64,000 nucleotides of DNA from the human T2T-CHM13v2.0 reference genome, Homo sapiens. Under the pieces are notes generated by a model. It worked only from the letters and a program-made list of their open reading frames with translations. It was not told the DNA's origin and made no database searches. Location: NCBI RefSeq assembly GCF_009914755.1, contig NC_060940.1; one strand, given 5' to 3'. The position numbers and the translations under genes are program-made. Positions 27,756-48,332 of the stretch are shown here, piece after piece (within the stretch, counting starts at the first letter, position 1; each line of letters opens with the position of its first letter).

Positions 27756-29220
27756 AACCTCTGAGACTAAGGACAAGATGGAGTCTGTTAGGTTAGTTTT
27801 AATTTCCTCAGTTATTATTTCACAAAGGGGGTTTCAGAAAGATAGAAAATGCTAGAAAGAGACGGGGTAGTCAGTGGTAGGGATCTTGAGGGGTTAAAAA
27901 AGGGAAGGAGCTGGTCCCTTTGCAGTAGGAAGTGCCACCTCACTCCACTCTTGCCAGAAAGCCTGGCTCTGTCATAAGGAATCTTGGCCCATTGTCACTC
28001 TCATTGATGACAACCCCCGCCCCCACCACTACCACCTTAACTACTGAGGGGATGTCCTCTGGCCCAGAAGTAATGCATTGGCTCTAGTTGAAGGGGTTGC
28101 TGGTTTGTAAATAGCATCCCCACAGTCAGCAGACACAGAGAATGCCATGGGGCCACTCATCAGAAAGGTGGAGGGGCTTTATCTGTGGGTAGATGAGAGC
28201 CATGTAGAACCTGCATGCTGCCTTCCATTGGAATCTCAGGCTCTAAACAAGGAGGACAACCTTTTCTGCCCTTAATCACCTCTCACAGATGAGAATCCAC
28301 CCAAGAAGAAGAAAAAAAATCAGCCCCTTAAAATGCTGACTAGTAACATCAGTTCTTGGAAGGATACTATTTTTGTTTCCATTCTGTCTTTATAGTTTGA
28401 ACTTTTCCTTTTCATAGTCTGTAAATATTCATCATCTCAGAGCCTTTTGAATTGCAATGGCTTTTAGTCAAAACTGAGCGCAATGTGCCATTTGAATAAT
28501 AAGAACCTCATTAAAGTGAGGCAAAAGTAATTCTTTTCCTTTTGTACAAGCCAATTAAGTGTCTTTACAATTAAAACAAAGTCAAGCACTTTATAGTTTC
28601 ATATTCCACAAGCCTGTTTTTAATTAATAGAGGTGACAAGTTTTAGGTACAGGATACATATTTTGCCTCTGGAGTTGTGCAATTAACATTAATGAAGGGT
28701 ATTAAAATTTGGTGAGAGAGGAAAGGGTTTTCCCAGGTCCTCTGTGGGTTCTTGCCTCCAGGCCTGTCTTTGGTAGCAAGTTCCTTGGTTTGCTGAGGTT
28801 TGCATTTTCTTGAGAGAATGTACAGGCAAGAATAAAAGTAACTAGAAGAGACATTGTTGTTATTGAGAAGTATGAAGTTAAAATTCCCAATGTCCAGGAC
28901 TGTCTTAAAATTAGGTAAACACTGCAGAAACTATCTTTGAGGAATTTAATTTTGTCTTGTGGATAAAAGTGAAGGATAAAGAGGAGAAATAACAATTATC
29001 TAAGCTGGCAGGCCAGCAAGATACTGGGGCTTTACTTCTCACAACCATGGGAGGAGTATATTTAGTTTACAGGGGAGGACACAGATTCACAGGGGTGAAC
29101 TAACTGGCCATGAGTCAGGTAAGGAAAATAACATGGCTGAGCTACAGTTTCTCTAAGAAGTTGGTTCTGTCCATTTCAGGGAGCTTATGTAAGACAGAAG
29201 GTATTGTGCAGTAGCCTTGA

Positions 29221-29608
<388 letters not shown>

Positions 29609-30249
29609 TATGTTAGCTATTTCTGAAACTTCATTTCTGTCTGTAAATGGCAATCATAATATATGTCACGTAGGGTTCTTAAATACAAAAAGCTCTTAAA
29701 AAGTGCCTAACCCATAGTTAGTACTCAAAAAAGGAAAAAAAAGTATTAATAGCCCTGGAAAAGTGAGCAAAATATTTCAGATGCAACCTGAAAGGAGTTC
29801 AAATGTAAGTCTCTCTTCACTTTGCCCATCTTTCCCTCTTCCCCGCAAGGTTTTTAGCAATGGTCGTGTCTTACTACAATATATGAATTATCCCTGCTAC
29901 AAATTAGTAGATTCTGCTTTGATTTGAAGCAGAGTCTAATGAGTGTTACAGGTAGGCTCGGTGCTTCAAAGGATTTCTGCCTATCTCTTCACAGAGTAGC
30001 TGGGCTATTGAGGGACTGTGTATTGACAATTGTAGTGGGCACCCTATGTGGAAAACAGGTGTTGTCAAATAACTGCAACTGACCCCAACCACACCATGAC
30101 TTTTCAGGTTTTAGGTAGGGGATGGGTGGGAAAACAGATGAGGCAACAGAATGAATTATTCCTTAATAAGATCCAGATTACCGAGTGATAATAAGATTTG
30201 CATGAATACTTCAAACAACAACAGTGATTAAATACGTTTTTCTAGTTAA

Positions 30250-33020
<2,771 letters not shown>

Positions 33021-33356
33021 AATTAGTTAATGCTTATTGTAGAAAAGTTGGAAAATACCAAAAACCATAAACAGGAAATAGGAAAAAAAGTAATCCTGAC
33101 TGTATATCTGGAAATCTTTTCGTGGGGTATGGGGTATGAATCACACATATTAATTTTAATTTCCTGCTTTTTCAATTAAATTGAGAAAGTTTGGGAACCT
33201 CTGGCTTAATCATTATTTATCCACTTCTCTGTTGTTGGATGTTAGATTGCTTCTAGTTCATATGTAATTTTATAATTTTAGTTGACATGTCATTATGGAT
33301 TCTTGGGCATAAACGTTTATATGAATTTTGAATATTAGGAAATAATCTTGGAAGCT

Positions 33357-33790
33357 ATATTAGTTTTCTAAAGCTATTATAACAAATTACCACAGATGGA
33401 GTGCCTCAAAACAACAGAATTTTACTCTCTTACAGTTTCAGAGACCAAACATCTGAAATCAAGTGGTTTGCAGCGTTGGCTCCTTCTGGAGGCTGGAAGG
33501 AGCATCTGTTCCATGCCTTTCTCCTAGCTTCCCATGACTGCCAGCCACCCTTGGAATTTCTTGGCTTTTATCTTAGTCAGTCTAATCTCTGCCTCTGTCT
33601 TTCCATCTCCTTCTCTGTGGGTGTTCCTTCTCCCCTTCTGTTTTGTAAGGATAGGCCTGTCATTGGATTTAAGGCCCACCTTAATCCAAGATGATCTCAT
33701 TTTAAGATGTGGGACTTAATCACATTTGCGAAGACCCTTTTTCCAAATAAGGTCGCATTCACAGATCCCTACCATTCAACTCACTATGGA
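33357..33790 (-). mobile_element. MLT1 (A/B/C-like) MaLR LTR
   Basis: tattagttttct...aacaaattaccaca...ggatttaaggcccacc...ttccaaataaggtc. Confidence 0.8.
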
Positions 33791-34577
33791 AGCAATGGGA
33801 TGGGAGGTACCATTCAACTCACAGATTCCTACCATTCAACCCACTATAAAGCAGTGGCATATGAAAAGGATGGGAGGTTGCTATGGGAATGGTCTGCCCC
33901 AGATGCAGGTAAAATGGGGAAGCATTTTATATAGAATGGAAAAACAACAGTAAAGCTGGCTAAAACTTGATCTGCTTTTTACAGTCATGTGCTGACAATT
34001 CTAAACATTATCAATGATAAAATACTTCTCCCTCATGATATTAACTGTGCAATTTTTGCTGCCCCTGCTACATACATGCTTTATTGCTTGGAAACAGGAT
34101 TACTTGGTGAAATAATGTGAATCTTTCAATTCTCATGATACATGTTTTCACCTTAATATCCAGGGTGCAGGAATATATATTCCCACCAACTTTATACAAG
34201 ATAATACAAATATAATAGTATGAATAAATATGCTAATTTGATAGAAAATATTTTAATATTTACTACTAGTGTAGTTGGACGTGTTAAATATTGCAGTGGT
34301 TATTTGTAATCTACCTTTATAAAATTTCTAATGTCTGCCACTGTTTCTGTTAGACTCTTAAGAAGATACGTGTTTGTCTCATAGATTTGTAAGAACTCTT
34401 TATATACTAAAAATATGGGGCTTCTATATGATTGCATATATTCGTCACTTTTGTTCCACTGTTTTAGAGAGCAGAAGATTTTAATTTCTATAAAGATTTT
34501 TATGTTTCCCTTTATTGCATGCCAATGTTTGTTTTTTAAAAACTTGTACGTCTTAGGCTGCGATGTGAAAAGTGTCT

Positions 34578-35455
<878 letters not shown>

Positions 35456-35856
35456 TTATTTTTATATATCTTCCATAACCTTTCTATCTCTTTCTTTCTC
35501 TTTCTCTGTTTCTGTGTGTGTCTGTGTCTGATAATAAAATACATTAAATTTTATTTTATAACATAAATGTTTTATAAGGTCGGTAGATTTGTTTATGATT
35601 TTAATGGCTGCATAGTATTCTATCATATGGATATATTCTAAATGTAATAATTCCTCAATGGTATATTTAGTTTACTTTATATTTGCTGCTTTAGTTTGTC
35701 ACAAACACTGTGGATAGCCTTGTATATATTTATTTTGTTGTATAGTTCTTATTGGTACAGTATGATTTTTCACAAGTATACAATTACTTTCTGAGAATTT
35801 AGCTTTTTGATTCACGTGAAAGCCTTACTTGTATTGTTAACAATTTTGTTACGTTT

Positions 35857-36194
<338 letters not shown>

Positions 36195-36331
36195 TTATAA
36201 AATGTTCATTTAATCTGATCTCTATAAGAAATTCTGTATCCTTAAACAACATGTGCCTTTCTCTTTAGACAGAGCGATTACCCCCTTGCTATGTTTTATT
36301 AGCAGCTAGCAAGTGCTGGGTCCTGTGTCAG

Positions 36332-36682
36332 TTGTTTTGTTTTTTCTTTTTCTTTGTTTTTCTTTTCTTTTTTTTTTTTTTTTTGTTTTTTTTTTTGGAG
36401 ATAGAGTCTTGCTCTGTTGGTCAGGCTGGAGTGCAGTGGCATGATCTCAGCTCACTGCAACCTCTGCCTCCCGGGTTCAAGTGATTGTCTGGCCTCAGCC
36501 TCCTGAGTAACTGGGATTACAGACATATACCACCACACCTGGCTAATTTTTTTTGTGTTTTGACAGAGATGGGGTTTCACCATGTTGGTCAGGCTGGTCT
36601 CAAACTCCTGACCTAAAATGGTCCACCTGCCTTGGCCTCCCAAAGTGCTGGGATTACAGGCGTGAGCCCCCGCGCCTGGCCC
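36332..36682 (-). mobile_element. AluS with long T-rich tail
   Basis: TSD cctgtgtcag. Confidence 0.93.
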
Positions 36683-36979
36683 TGTGTCAGCCTTTTTAAC
36701 AGCATAATTTTTCCTTTATTAGTCATAACTACTTTAAGGGCTATTTTGATTTACAGACAAAGTGAGACTTGGATGAATTAAGAAAGAATTAATCAGGTGG
36801 TTGAACCTGAGTTCCAACTAGGGTGACAACTCTTCGCAGATTGCCTGCCGCTGTCCTGGTTTTCACACTGAAAGTTCCGTATCCTAATAAGCCTCTCATC
36901 CTCAGCAACGGAGGACAGTTGCCCACTCAAAGCCTTGTGACATTCTAGGGTATCCTATTTCTACATGGTGGGAATCTAG

Positions 36980-37324
<345 letters not shown>

Positions 37325-38917
37325 TGAATTGCATATTTGTTCACTTATCCCCTTTCTCATACCAGCTAATATTCCCCCAAGGCTCTCATTCTGAAAATAA
37401 TTTTCATTAGTCCTGCTTGAGACATGTGGGTGGACTCAGCTTGGCTCACTTAATTTTTCCAGGTCTTTTTTGTTCGCCTGTGATTGTGGGGGACTGTTTA
37501 GAAGGACTTTCTAGAGCAACGAAGATTGTTTTTACGACTATACTTCAAGCTCCTCATTGATTTTGCTTAGAGATGGAATAATAATTGATGAAATCTGAAT
37601 GGCATGACCTTTATTGATTTGTAATTCAACAACTTCAACATCTTACCAAGAAGAATGTGCAGTTATTCTAGCAGGAGAAACAATGCAATTAGAGCCTGCG
37701 AGATGAAATCCAATTGTTTTATAATGAGAAATTAGGGAATTCGAGGCAGACATTAGCTGTGTAATTGTGGAAAGGGAAGAACTGTAGTTAGAGCATATTA
37801 GAAATCTGGCCGTGCCTCTTTTGGTTAAAATTTCAATTAAAACATCAGATGGCACTTTTTTCCTATTGCCATTAGGAGAATATTCAATTGACTGAAAAGG
37901 ACATTTGAAAATTTCCTCGTATTTTCAGCATATTTGTTTCTAGAGTTGGAGAAACAACTATTTGTCTAGAGAGAAGTACTCTGAAAAGACAAAGGCCTTG
38001 CTGGGTGAGGCTGGATTTAATACATGTTAGGGAGATTTCTCTTTCACGTTTGCTTGGTGTGTGTTTGGCGGGGGGAACTTACACTCTTAGCAAAGTAGCT
38101 AGAAAAAAAAATAACGTGCAAGGGGCCTATTTTTTCCTCCTTCTTCTCCGTCTTAAGTCCTGAAATGTTTTAGTGACCCAGAATGAAGCTTATTTTTTTA
38201 ATCATACTTCCATAAAATGTAACCCCTGGGACTTGGAAGAGAGAGACCAGCCAAGGGTTAGCTTGAACCCTTTATCACTCCCAAACACAGGGGCTTATGG
38301 TATAAGTGACACACTGCAGATAGATTTACTTTTGCCATTTTAAATTTATGATGGCTGAAATGAAAGGTAAATGCCAGTAATAATCCTCCCCCGTGTTAAA
38401 AGACATGAAACATCTAGTAATTAGGTGGTAACAAAATCTGGACAGCCTTATCTTTGCAAATCACACCAGGTTTGTGAAGGAAAGTGGAGTGGCCCTGTTA
38501 AGGGGCGAGGGAGGCTACTGTGGGGGCAGGCAGCAGAGAGAGCTCCAGAAATAAATCTGCCAGCCCCAGTCATCCACCAGATGTGGAGGGCACCACGGGA
38601 TATGTTTAAATGAGCTGGTATTTAATGGGAGATTATGTCGAATTGTCAGCTGCCCACTCTCCTTGTAAATCTGTATCTCAAATGGTATTTCGTGTGACGT
38701 CTTTGTTCTTTGCTTAACTACGGTGTAATTCATGCCTACTTCAGAGATCCAAATCTCAGCATCATTTAAAAGATTAGTTTGAAAGGAAGGGACTTGGGCT
38801 CTTGAATTAGACCTATGTTAGTTTATAGGGAGGCCTTCCTGAAATGTGTTGTCAGGCTTGCTCCTGTCTGATGGCTGGCACTGGTTTTATGCTTTCCAAT
38901 TATTCTTTGCACATCGT

Positions 38918-39223
<306 letters not shown>

Positions 39224-39773
39224 TCTTTGCACATTATTTAAGGGTGTTTTAACAAAATGGCAATTTCCCCAGGCTGGCTTGTGTATTACCTTTGCATTGC
39301 ATCCCTTGGCTCCCATGAGTGAGCGTGGTGACTTGGTGTGTAGGTGGTACGTGAAGACACTTGGTCACTACCCAAGAACTCAGGGCCCTAAACCATGCTG
39401 TAAAATGCAAGTGCTGATATCTAATTACCTCCATCAACCTTGGCAGAATCTCTTCGTTGGAGTTAAGACCCCCTGTTAGGGGAAAAAAGAAAGTCCTATG
39501 TTTGCAGAAAATATTATACTAGACTGCTCCAAGGCAAAATATTTATTAGCCTTCCTGTGTCTTCACTGTGTTTTAGTTACTTATCTGGAATCTGAGCAAC
39601 TGAATTGAGTTTCTGCATACCTAAAATACATCATAGTGAAATGAGAAGTTGACTTCTTTGCTGTGAAAAAATTTCAGATAACAATTAAAGTAGAATGAAA
39701 AGAGCAGAGTGCTGGTTGAACAACTCTCAATGGCTGCAGCTGCATGGAGTGCCAAATTGCCCTCCCCCACCCC

Positions 39774-39819
39774 ACACACAAAATCACACACACACGCACG
39801 CACGCACACACACACACAC
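39774..39819. repeat. Interrupted (CA)n/(CGCA)n microsatellite
   Basis: Direct observation. Confidence 0.85.
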
Positions 39820-39889
39820 GGAGTTTCTCAGCTTCTGTGTAGACAGAATCCAGCCTAATTATTTTAGGCGGGAATTTTAAAAATCCTCA

Positions 39890-40448
<559 letters not shown>

Positions 40449-42254
40449 TTAATGTACTAGTAAGGGAAAATTCTATTAAGGCATAATTGTTTGGCTTTGT
40501 CAGTTTGTCAACTTGAAAATAGAGTCAGCAGCATCTGAAGAGTTGTTTTACTACCTCTGGAGCTGAGAGGTGAACATAGTCGTTTTTCAGGAAGCCGTTT
40601 CTGGCTCAGACAGATCAGAAGCTGGCCCACCCTTGCCACTTCCTGGAGGACTGTCAGTGCTAGCTAATGAGACTGTAAAAGTGGACTATCTGCCCAGGAG
40701 ACAGCGAGGAAGGAAATCAGGGGTCACCCTTATAGCGAAGGGCTCTTTGCAGAGAGAGTGCCTGATACGTAGCAGCTGGTACTTCTCCATCTTGAAACTG
40801 TCCTTCCTGGTTTTGTCTAATTTGTCATCATGGGATTCTTTTGACTTGTTTCTAGATTAGGGATCAAGAAGAAATGACTTTCTCCTCTTAGACATTTAAT
40901 TCACTTAGTGTTCCCTAGTCATGACATACTTCTGTGTTATCCTTAAATACTGAAGCAGGGACCTTATTCTTAACAGTAGAAAATCACTGTGTATGATGAT
41001 AGTGTATACCTGTAATACCAGCTACTCAGGAAGCTGAGGCAGGAGGATCCCTTGAGCTCAGGAGTTGAGATTAGCATGGGCAACAAAGCAAGACCTTGTC
41101 TCTAAAAGAATAAGCAGAAACCAAAAGCCCTAAACATGAGGAAATTCCACATGTAAACATTAATGGAAAACATAGAAGAGTTGAACCTAGTGGTAAATTT
41201 TACCTTTAGAGCAATACTTGAAACAAGGGAAACTGTCAAATTCTCATCATGGGATTTGTGTTCCTTTGTTTTTTTTATTAAGGACTTGGTCCTTGGATTG
41301 GAATTCCAAACCCATGACCAAACTGTAATCATCTAATTCTGTATTGAGTCCTTACTATGTGTCAGGCACTGTAGTAAGCAACACTCAAGAATCTTACAGT
41401 CTACTTTCCAAGAATTCACAGTCTAGTTTTGGAATCAGGTGATCAATTGACTTACAGTCTGGTATGGTGATGACAGAGGAGCAATGTACAGATAGAACAG
41501 AAGGATGGCACAGTGAGCCTTTTCACCAATCTTGGAAGGCCAGTAATGTCAGTGAACACTAGGAATGGTGTCATGGCCTGGGTCCTGAAGAGTGGATACT
41601 TAATGTCCATGGAGGCATGTATTTTTATCTGCCTTGCATGGCTTCTTTCATTCTCTCCCTGACTTCCACCCAAAAAATCACCGTGATATCCAGCTGTGGA
41701 AGAGTTCATTATGGAGAGCTTCCTGGAAGAAGTAGTCCCTGAACTGGGTTGGGCTAAACAAATATGCCAAGAAGGGTTTCTGGAAGCAGTTGACAAAAGA
41801 TGAGTAGAGAGAGGGAGGGGGTGGTGCTATATTTATTCCATACCTTTCAGATACTCTCTAAATCCTTGTCCCTGTTTTCTATGCCATGTAGGTAGAGTTT
41901 TCAAGTCATGTCCCATACCTTGGATCATTGGATTCTCAACTCAGTAGCACCTTTGTGTGACACCTCTTCTGTAATACCTTATTATGTTGAAATATAGTTA
42001 GCAAATAACATAACTTACATGCACAAATATATTTTCAATTCGATAGGATAGCTTTACTGTAATGAAAGAAAAAATAACTGAAACAAAATGGCGTGTGTTT
42101 CAACATGTAAATGCTTGGGCCAGGCTGCAGGAAAGATGGGGATGTATGTATCCGTGGATGAATCACCTTGAATGGACTCTCATAAAAAAGCCCACCATTA
42201 CCAGGTGTGTGGTATTGCAGACTCCAGCACCACCAACCTTGAGTGAAGCCTGAC

Positions 42255-42610
42255 TATATTAGTCTGTTCTCATGCTGCTAAGAAAGACATACCCGAGACC
42301 GGGTAATTTATAAAGGAAACAGGTTTAATGGGCTCACAGTTACACATGGCTGGGGAGGCCTCACAATCATGGCGGAAGATGAAGGAAGAGCAAAGGGATG
42401 TCTTACATGACATCAGGCAACAGAGTATGTGCAGGGGAATTCTCATTTATAAAACCATCAGATTTCGTGAGACTTATTCACTACCATGAGAACAGTATGG
42501 GAGAAAGCGCCCCCATGATTCACTTATCTCCACCTGGCTCTGCCCTTGACACATGGGGGTTATTACAGTTCAGTGTGAGATTTGGGTGGGGACACAGCCA
42601 AACCGTATCA
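42255..42610 (-). mobile_element. THE1 (B/C-like) MaLR solo LTR
   Basis: tattagtctgttctcatgctgct...gagatttgggtggggacacagccaaacc.tatca. Confidence 0.92.
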
Positions 42611-43953
42611 GTCACCCTCCAAAAATCACACAAAATCTGAAAGTGCTTTTATTCATTCTACATGTAAATAGTTGTTGCACTACCCACCTGGAAATTCAGT
42701 GGATGTTTCTAGGCTCAGATAATTATCCACAGGCTTTTCATCTCCATGAGTGTCCACTGGGGCATTCTTCATTGAGCAATACATCATGTGCATTGCAAGA
42801 CATCTGCCATCCCTGCTACCATCACCAGCAGTCATCACGACAACCAGAAGAAGGCCGTCATATATTTTCAAATTGCCTGCTGAGTTCCATTGCCTTAGAC
42901 AATTAAGCTTGGAAGTCAGACTCTTCCTGTGGTTTGGGTACTAGAAAAAAGGCAGCCAACAATTCGTTTCAAGGTCTCATTTCTGTATCCTTGATGACGT
43001 TTCTGGCCATCAGCTTTGTTGATGACTTTAGAGCAGCTATGTCATTTAACACTAGAAATTGGATGTCACCGAGTCCTGTGGAAGGGATATTTAATTTCCA
43101 TTAAAACATGAATTTCATTCTGCCCTTGCCATGCTTTTCTTGGTCTTAGCCCAACCTGAGCTGCTGATATTAAGGAATAATAGGATAATTCCATAATTTT
43201 CATTTTACCTTTTGCTTTTTGTTTTCCATAGCAGTTATCTAGAGGATTCCCATTATGCTTCTTCATTACCCGGTGCCCAGAATGAACTTATAGAAGCAGA
43301 ATATGAGGGGTCCTTTGACAAACATGAGACTGTTTAGAAAATTGCTTTTGTTTGCTGTGATCCATTTTGTAAGGGAAGTCACTATAATGTTGTTATTTAA
43401 GAGAAAGAGACAAACGGAAAGAAACAAACAGCTGGTGTTTAACGACTCCGTCAGACCCAATTATAAAGCATCAACTAGTTACGTTGATTTGTGTACATCC
43501 ATGCCATGGGTATACTTAAAAACATTAGACTTTGCCAGAACTCATCTTGGCTTTGTTTACATTTTTCTTTTAAACGTATAAGACTATTGATGGTACCTCA
43601 CCAAGGTTATAACCCCTTTATAATCATTAATTTTTAATCTAGAAAAGAGTCTTGGAGACAACAAGACTCATCTATAATTTCTTGGATGCTCAAATGAAAA
43701 TATACAGGACTCAAGCATTAGCTAAAATAATCCAGGAAAGCCCTGTCAAAGGTTAGGAATGTGATATCTTTCTGTTTCCAAAAGCAGCAGCCCTTTATTC
43801 AAGACACTTTTCTGTTTAATTTAATTATCTTTGAACTTCCTGTTGAAGGTTTTGAAAAATATATGTTAGAGGGTGGGGAGAGAGTTCAGTATGTCAGGAC
43901 TGCTACATTTATGAGTGTGGGTCTTTATTGAAGTCTCTCTTTGTAGCCAATCC

Positions 43954-44281
43954 TTTTTTTTTTTTTTTTAATTTTTAAATTTTAAATTCTTACTTTTAGA
44001 TATGGGGGTCTCACTCTGTTGCCCAGGCTAGAGTTCAGTGGCACAATCATAGCTCACTGCAACGTTGACCTCCCAGGCTGAAGCGATCCTCCTGCCTCAG
44101 CCCCCCAAGTAGCTGGGACCACAGGCATGTGCCAAAATACTCAACTAATTGTTTATTTTTTGTAGACATGGTGTCTCCCTATGTTGCCTAAGCTGGTCTT
44201 GAACTCCTACACTCAAGCAATCCTCCCGCCTCAGCTTCCTAAAGTGCTGGGATTAGAGGCATGAGCCACCAGACATGACCT
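43954..44281 (-). mobile_element. AluJ
   Basis: Antisense Alu. Confidence 0.9.
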
Positions 44282-44386
44282 GTGTTTATATTGTTAAATC
44301 ACCATTGTCAATCTTGAAAGGAGACTTTGTTTTGATGTATGTAAGATTGAGTTTTTACTCATCTCTACATAGTTTCCTCAGATTGC

Positions 44387-44668
44387 TTTTTTTTTTTTGA
44401 GACCGAGTCTATCTCTGTCACCCAGGCTGGAGTGCAGTGGCACAATCTTTGCTCACTGCAACCTCTGCCTCCCATGTTTCAGTGATTCTCTTGCTTCAGA
44501 TTCCCGTGTACAGGCATGCCACCACACCTGGCTAATTTTTGTATTTTTAGTAGAGATGGCATTTTGCCATGTTGGCCAGGCTGGTCTTGAACTCCCGACC
44601 TCAGGTGATCCACTCGTCTAAGACTCCCAAAGTGCTCGGATTACAGATGTGAGCCACTGCACCCAGCA
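44387..44668 (-). mobile_element. AluS ending ~82 bp before exon 8
   Basis: TSD ttcctcagatt/ttccttagatt. Confidence 0.92.
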
Positions 44669-44676
44669 TTCCTTAG

Positions 44677-45153
<477 letters not shown>

Positions 45154-46019
45154 TGAACACATTTTCATCAACTTTAGGTTAAGTCTGTTTGGGTAAATGC
45201 GTCTTGGAGGGCTGGGTAGAAGATGTGGGTTTCAGTATCATGTTAAGTATGGCTGAAAGTCCTTATGGAAATGGTGATTTTTTGTTTGTTTGGTTTTGTT
45301 TTTTTTGGGGTTTTTTATTCAGAAACTTTGAAAATCTATTTTGTTGAATGGAGCACTTGAAAACTGCTGTTTTGTGTCAGTAGGTAAACAACAAACATTG
45401 GTGACTACTGAATTTTCAGCAGATGTGATTCCTTTGTTTCACAGAAAATCTGTATCTGATGTTCTAAATTTTTTTCTTCTAATGGGTATAATCCTCTGTT
45501 GGAGAGTCCTTTGATAGCTAGGAGTGTGTTTTCTTCTTTACTTTCCCAAAGACAATTTTGGATGAATCATGGTACTGTGGTTACATTTGGAAGTGTTTAC
45601 AAAGGTGATAAGATGTTTTTATAGTTTGGTGTTCATTTATCGACCATATTAAGAACCTTCTTCTATGAAATGGTTTTAGTAGGAAGTATTTTGAATGAAG
45701 AAAGCGTATTTTCCACAATATATTTGGTAGATTATTTTTCAAAACCAAAGGACTTCAAAAATGTCTTCCTATTAGTGGACACCAGTATTCCAGTTACCCA
45801 AACTTAAAATCTACTTGACAGAAATCACCCTTTTCCCAAACACATTTGCCTTTTAGCGATATCACAGGCCTTCACAGTTGGACCTAGGATATTAATAAAA
45901 CAAAGCAAAACAACAACAAAAGAAGAACTATTGCAGGCCTATTATCCTCCAGCTGATCTCACGACCTTGGAAACTGTCTGCTGCCTTCTCTTACACTCAT
46001 TCCCACCTGCCACCCTTAA

Positions 46020-46345
<326 letters not shown>

Positions 46346-48169
46346 TGGGGATGACTTTTAAAACCACATCAAAAGTCTTTTGAAGTGCTTAGGAGGAGGT
46401 AAGTAAGTATATCTTTTATTCTAATCACCCAAGTGGTTTTTAGGCAGAGTAAACAGACATATTCCAGAGTCGAATACTTAGGATCAGTGGCAGTGAAGTG
46501 AAAGGACCTACGGAGAATGGTGTTCCATGCCGCAGGGTGGGATTGATCTTTAGGAAGTAAATGAATGAAACTTACCTGTAGGTGGATCACAGGGTTTTGA
46601 AATCTCCCCATCACTTTGCTCCCGATGACTGCATAAGCGCAGCCTCTTCATGAAAGTTTCTTTGACCATGGTTATGCCTCATACTTTGTTGTGTCCTTCA
46701 GTTTACATGAAAAGAAGGAATATGGATCTGAACTGGGTGCCAGTGCCATTTAAATGAGGCATTTAGGAATGGGGAGAGGAGAGAGGTGGATTCTTCCTTA
46801 TTTTCTGCTGGCCCAGTGCCTTCCGCTTTAACAAGCCCACTCAACCATCATTTGTAATCTTTGGGTCTTGAGTCATCTCACTTGTATTTGATCATTGATG
46901 TGTTTTAAGGAGCTCGGTTCAGTGGCATCAGAGAGTTCGTTTTCTCCTTCTTCCATAAGGTCCCTAATCAGAGGAACGGGATGGGAAAGCTTTAGAGATG
47001 AGTCTGTGACTATGGAATTTGGTGAGGGGTGATATAACCATCCTGCCATTTGTTGTAGACTCGAATGGATGAAGAGTCATTGATAGAAAATAGTGGAAAC
47101 TGTTATTCTGTGGCCTGATCCCATTGCTTAGGGACTCTGTGCCAGGGCATGTGGGAAAAGAAGGAAGGCAAGTTCTGCTAAAATATAAAGTCAGGGTAAA
47201 CATTTTTATTTATTGGAGAAGAGTTGATTATTATCTAATATTTAATATAATATGCTTAATAAAGTCAGACTTGAAAGTTGGCTGGTTGGACCTAACGGGA
47301 GTATCTCTAAAAAATACCAGCAAATTAAGTTGGATCGGTGACTGTATCATGATATCGGAGTGTTAGCTGTTTTGGGAGTACGTGTGCTCAGGACTTGGGC
47401 TGAGTGGAAAACCAGAGTATGGGGTTAGAAATGGAGGCAGAAGGACTACCATGTCGGGGAGGATGCACAATGAATTGGACGAAGGTTGCAACTCAGTGAG
47501 CACCGTACCTGTAGTGTGTCTTAGTAACAGCAGATGCCCAACCTCCATGCCTAACTCCTTTGCCTACCCCACCAGTGTGCAGCAGCCTCTGCCGCACCCT
47601 ACTGCAGTCTCTCCTATTTCCCTGGCAGGAGAGCTCAGAGACTACTTGTGAACAGGCCTCAATGCCTATAGCAAGGCAAGGCTTGGGAGAAACAAATGTC
47701 CTCTGGGAGCAGCCTTGGGTAAAAGATTAACTGCGCACTGAGCTTTAGATCCCTGAGTGAGAAAGCTGTGGGAAAATGAGTGTGTAGCTCATGAGAGGGT
47801 TTGGAGAAAAGTGGTGACATCGCAAAAATCCCAGGTTTTGTTGAAGTTGTCTGTGGAGGGGCACTCATAGAAAGGGCACTGGACGTGAGCATTTCCCTTG
47901 TAGTTGAGATGGGATTTGACATGACTTCCTGGTGGTGGCAAGACAAGAAAGTGGCAACCTGGGACAGTGGACCTCACAGCTCTCCTGCTAATGGTGCTGA
48001 TGGCTAAGCTCAGCTCTTACCCTTGACCACTGGAACAACTTAGACATGTCACCAGCTTTCTGAGCCTGTCTCATTACGATGAAAATTGTGATACAGGTTA
48101 GTGTAAGGACCGACAATAATGCATATAACATCAATAATGATGGATATAGAATTTCTGCAGTTATTATAA

Positions 48170-48332
48170 TCTGGCTCTCCAGTATGGTAGTCGTGGGCCA
48201 CATGTGGCTATTGAGTTCTAAAAATGTGGCTAATAGAACTGAGGAAGTGAATTTTCAATTTGATTCCATGTTTGTTAATTCGAACTGAAAAACACCACGT
48301 GTGCCAAGTGGCTGCCATACTGGAGAGCGTGG
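48170..48332. mobile_element. MER3-like hAT MITE
   Basis: ctctccagtatgg...gccacatgtggctattgag...ccatactggagag with inverted ends. Confidence 0.75.

Larger units (their letters stand above)
25249..27836 (-). mobile_element. LTR8-family solo LTR (host), split into four pieces by later insertions
   Basis: tgtaacc...aatgggtt...gatttatcaagac start and ...ggtttca end; pieces 25249-25470, 25904-26040, 26787-27063, 27756-27836. Confidence 0.82.
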
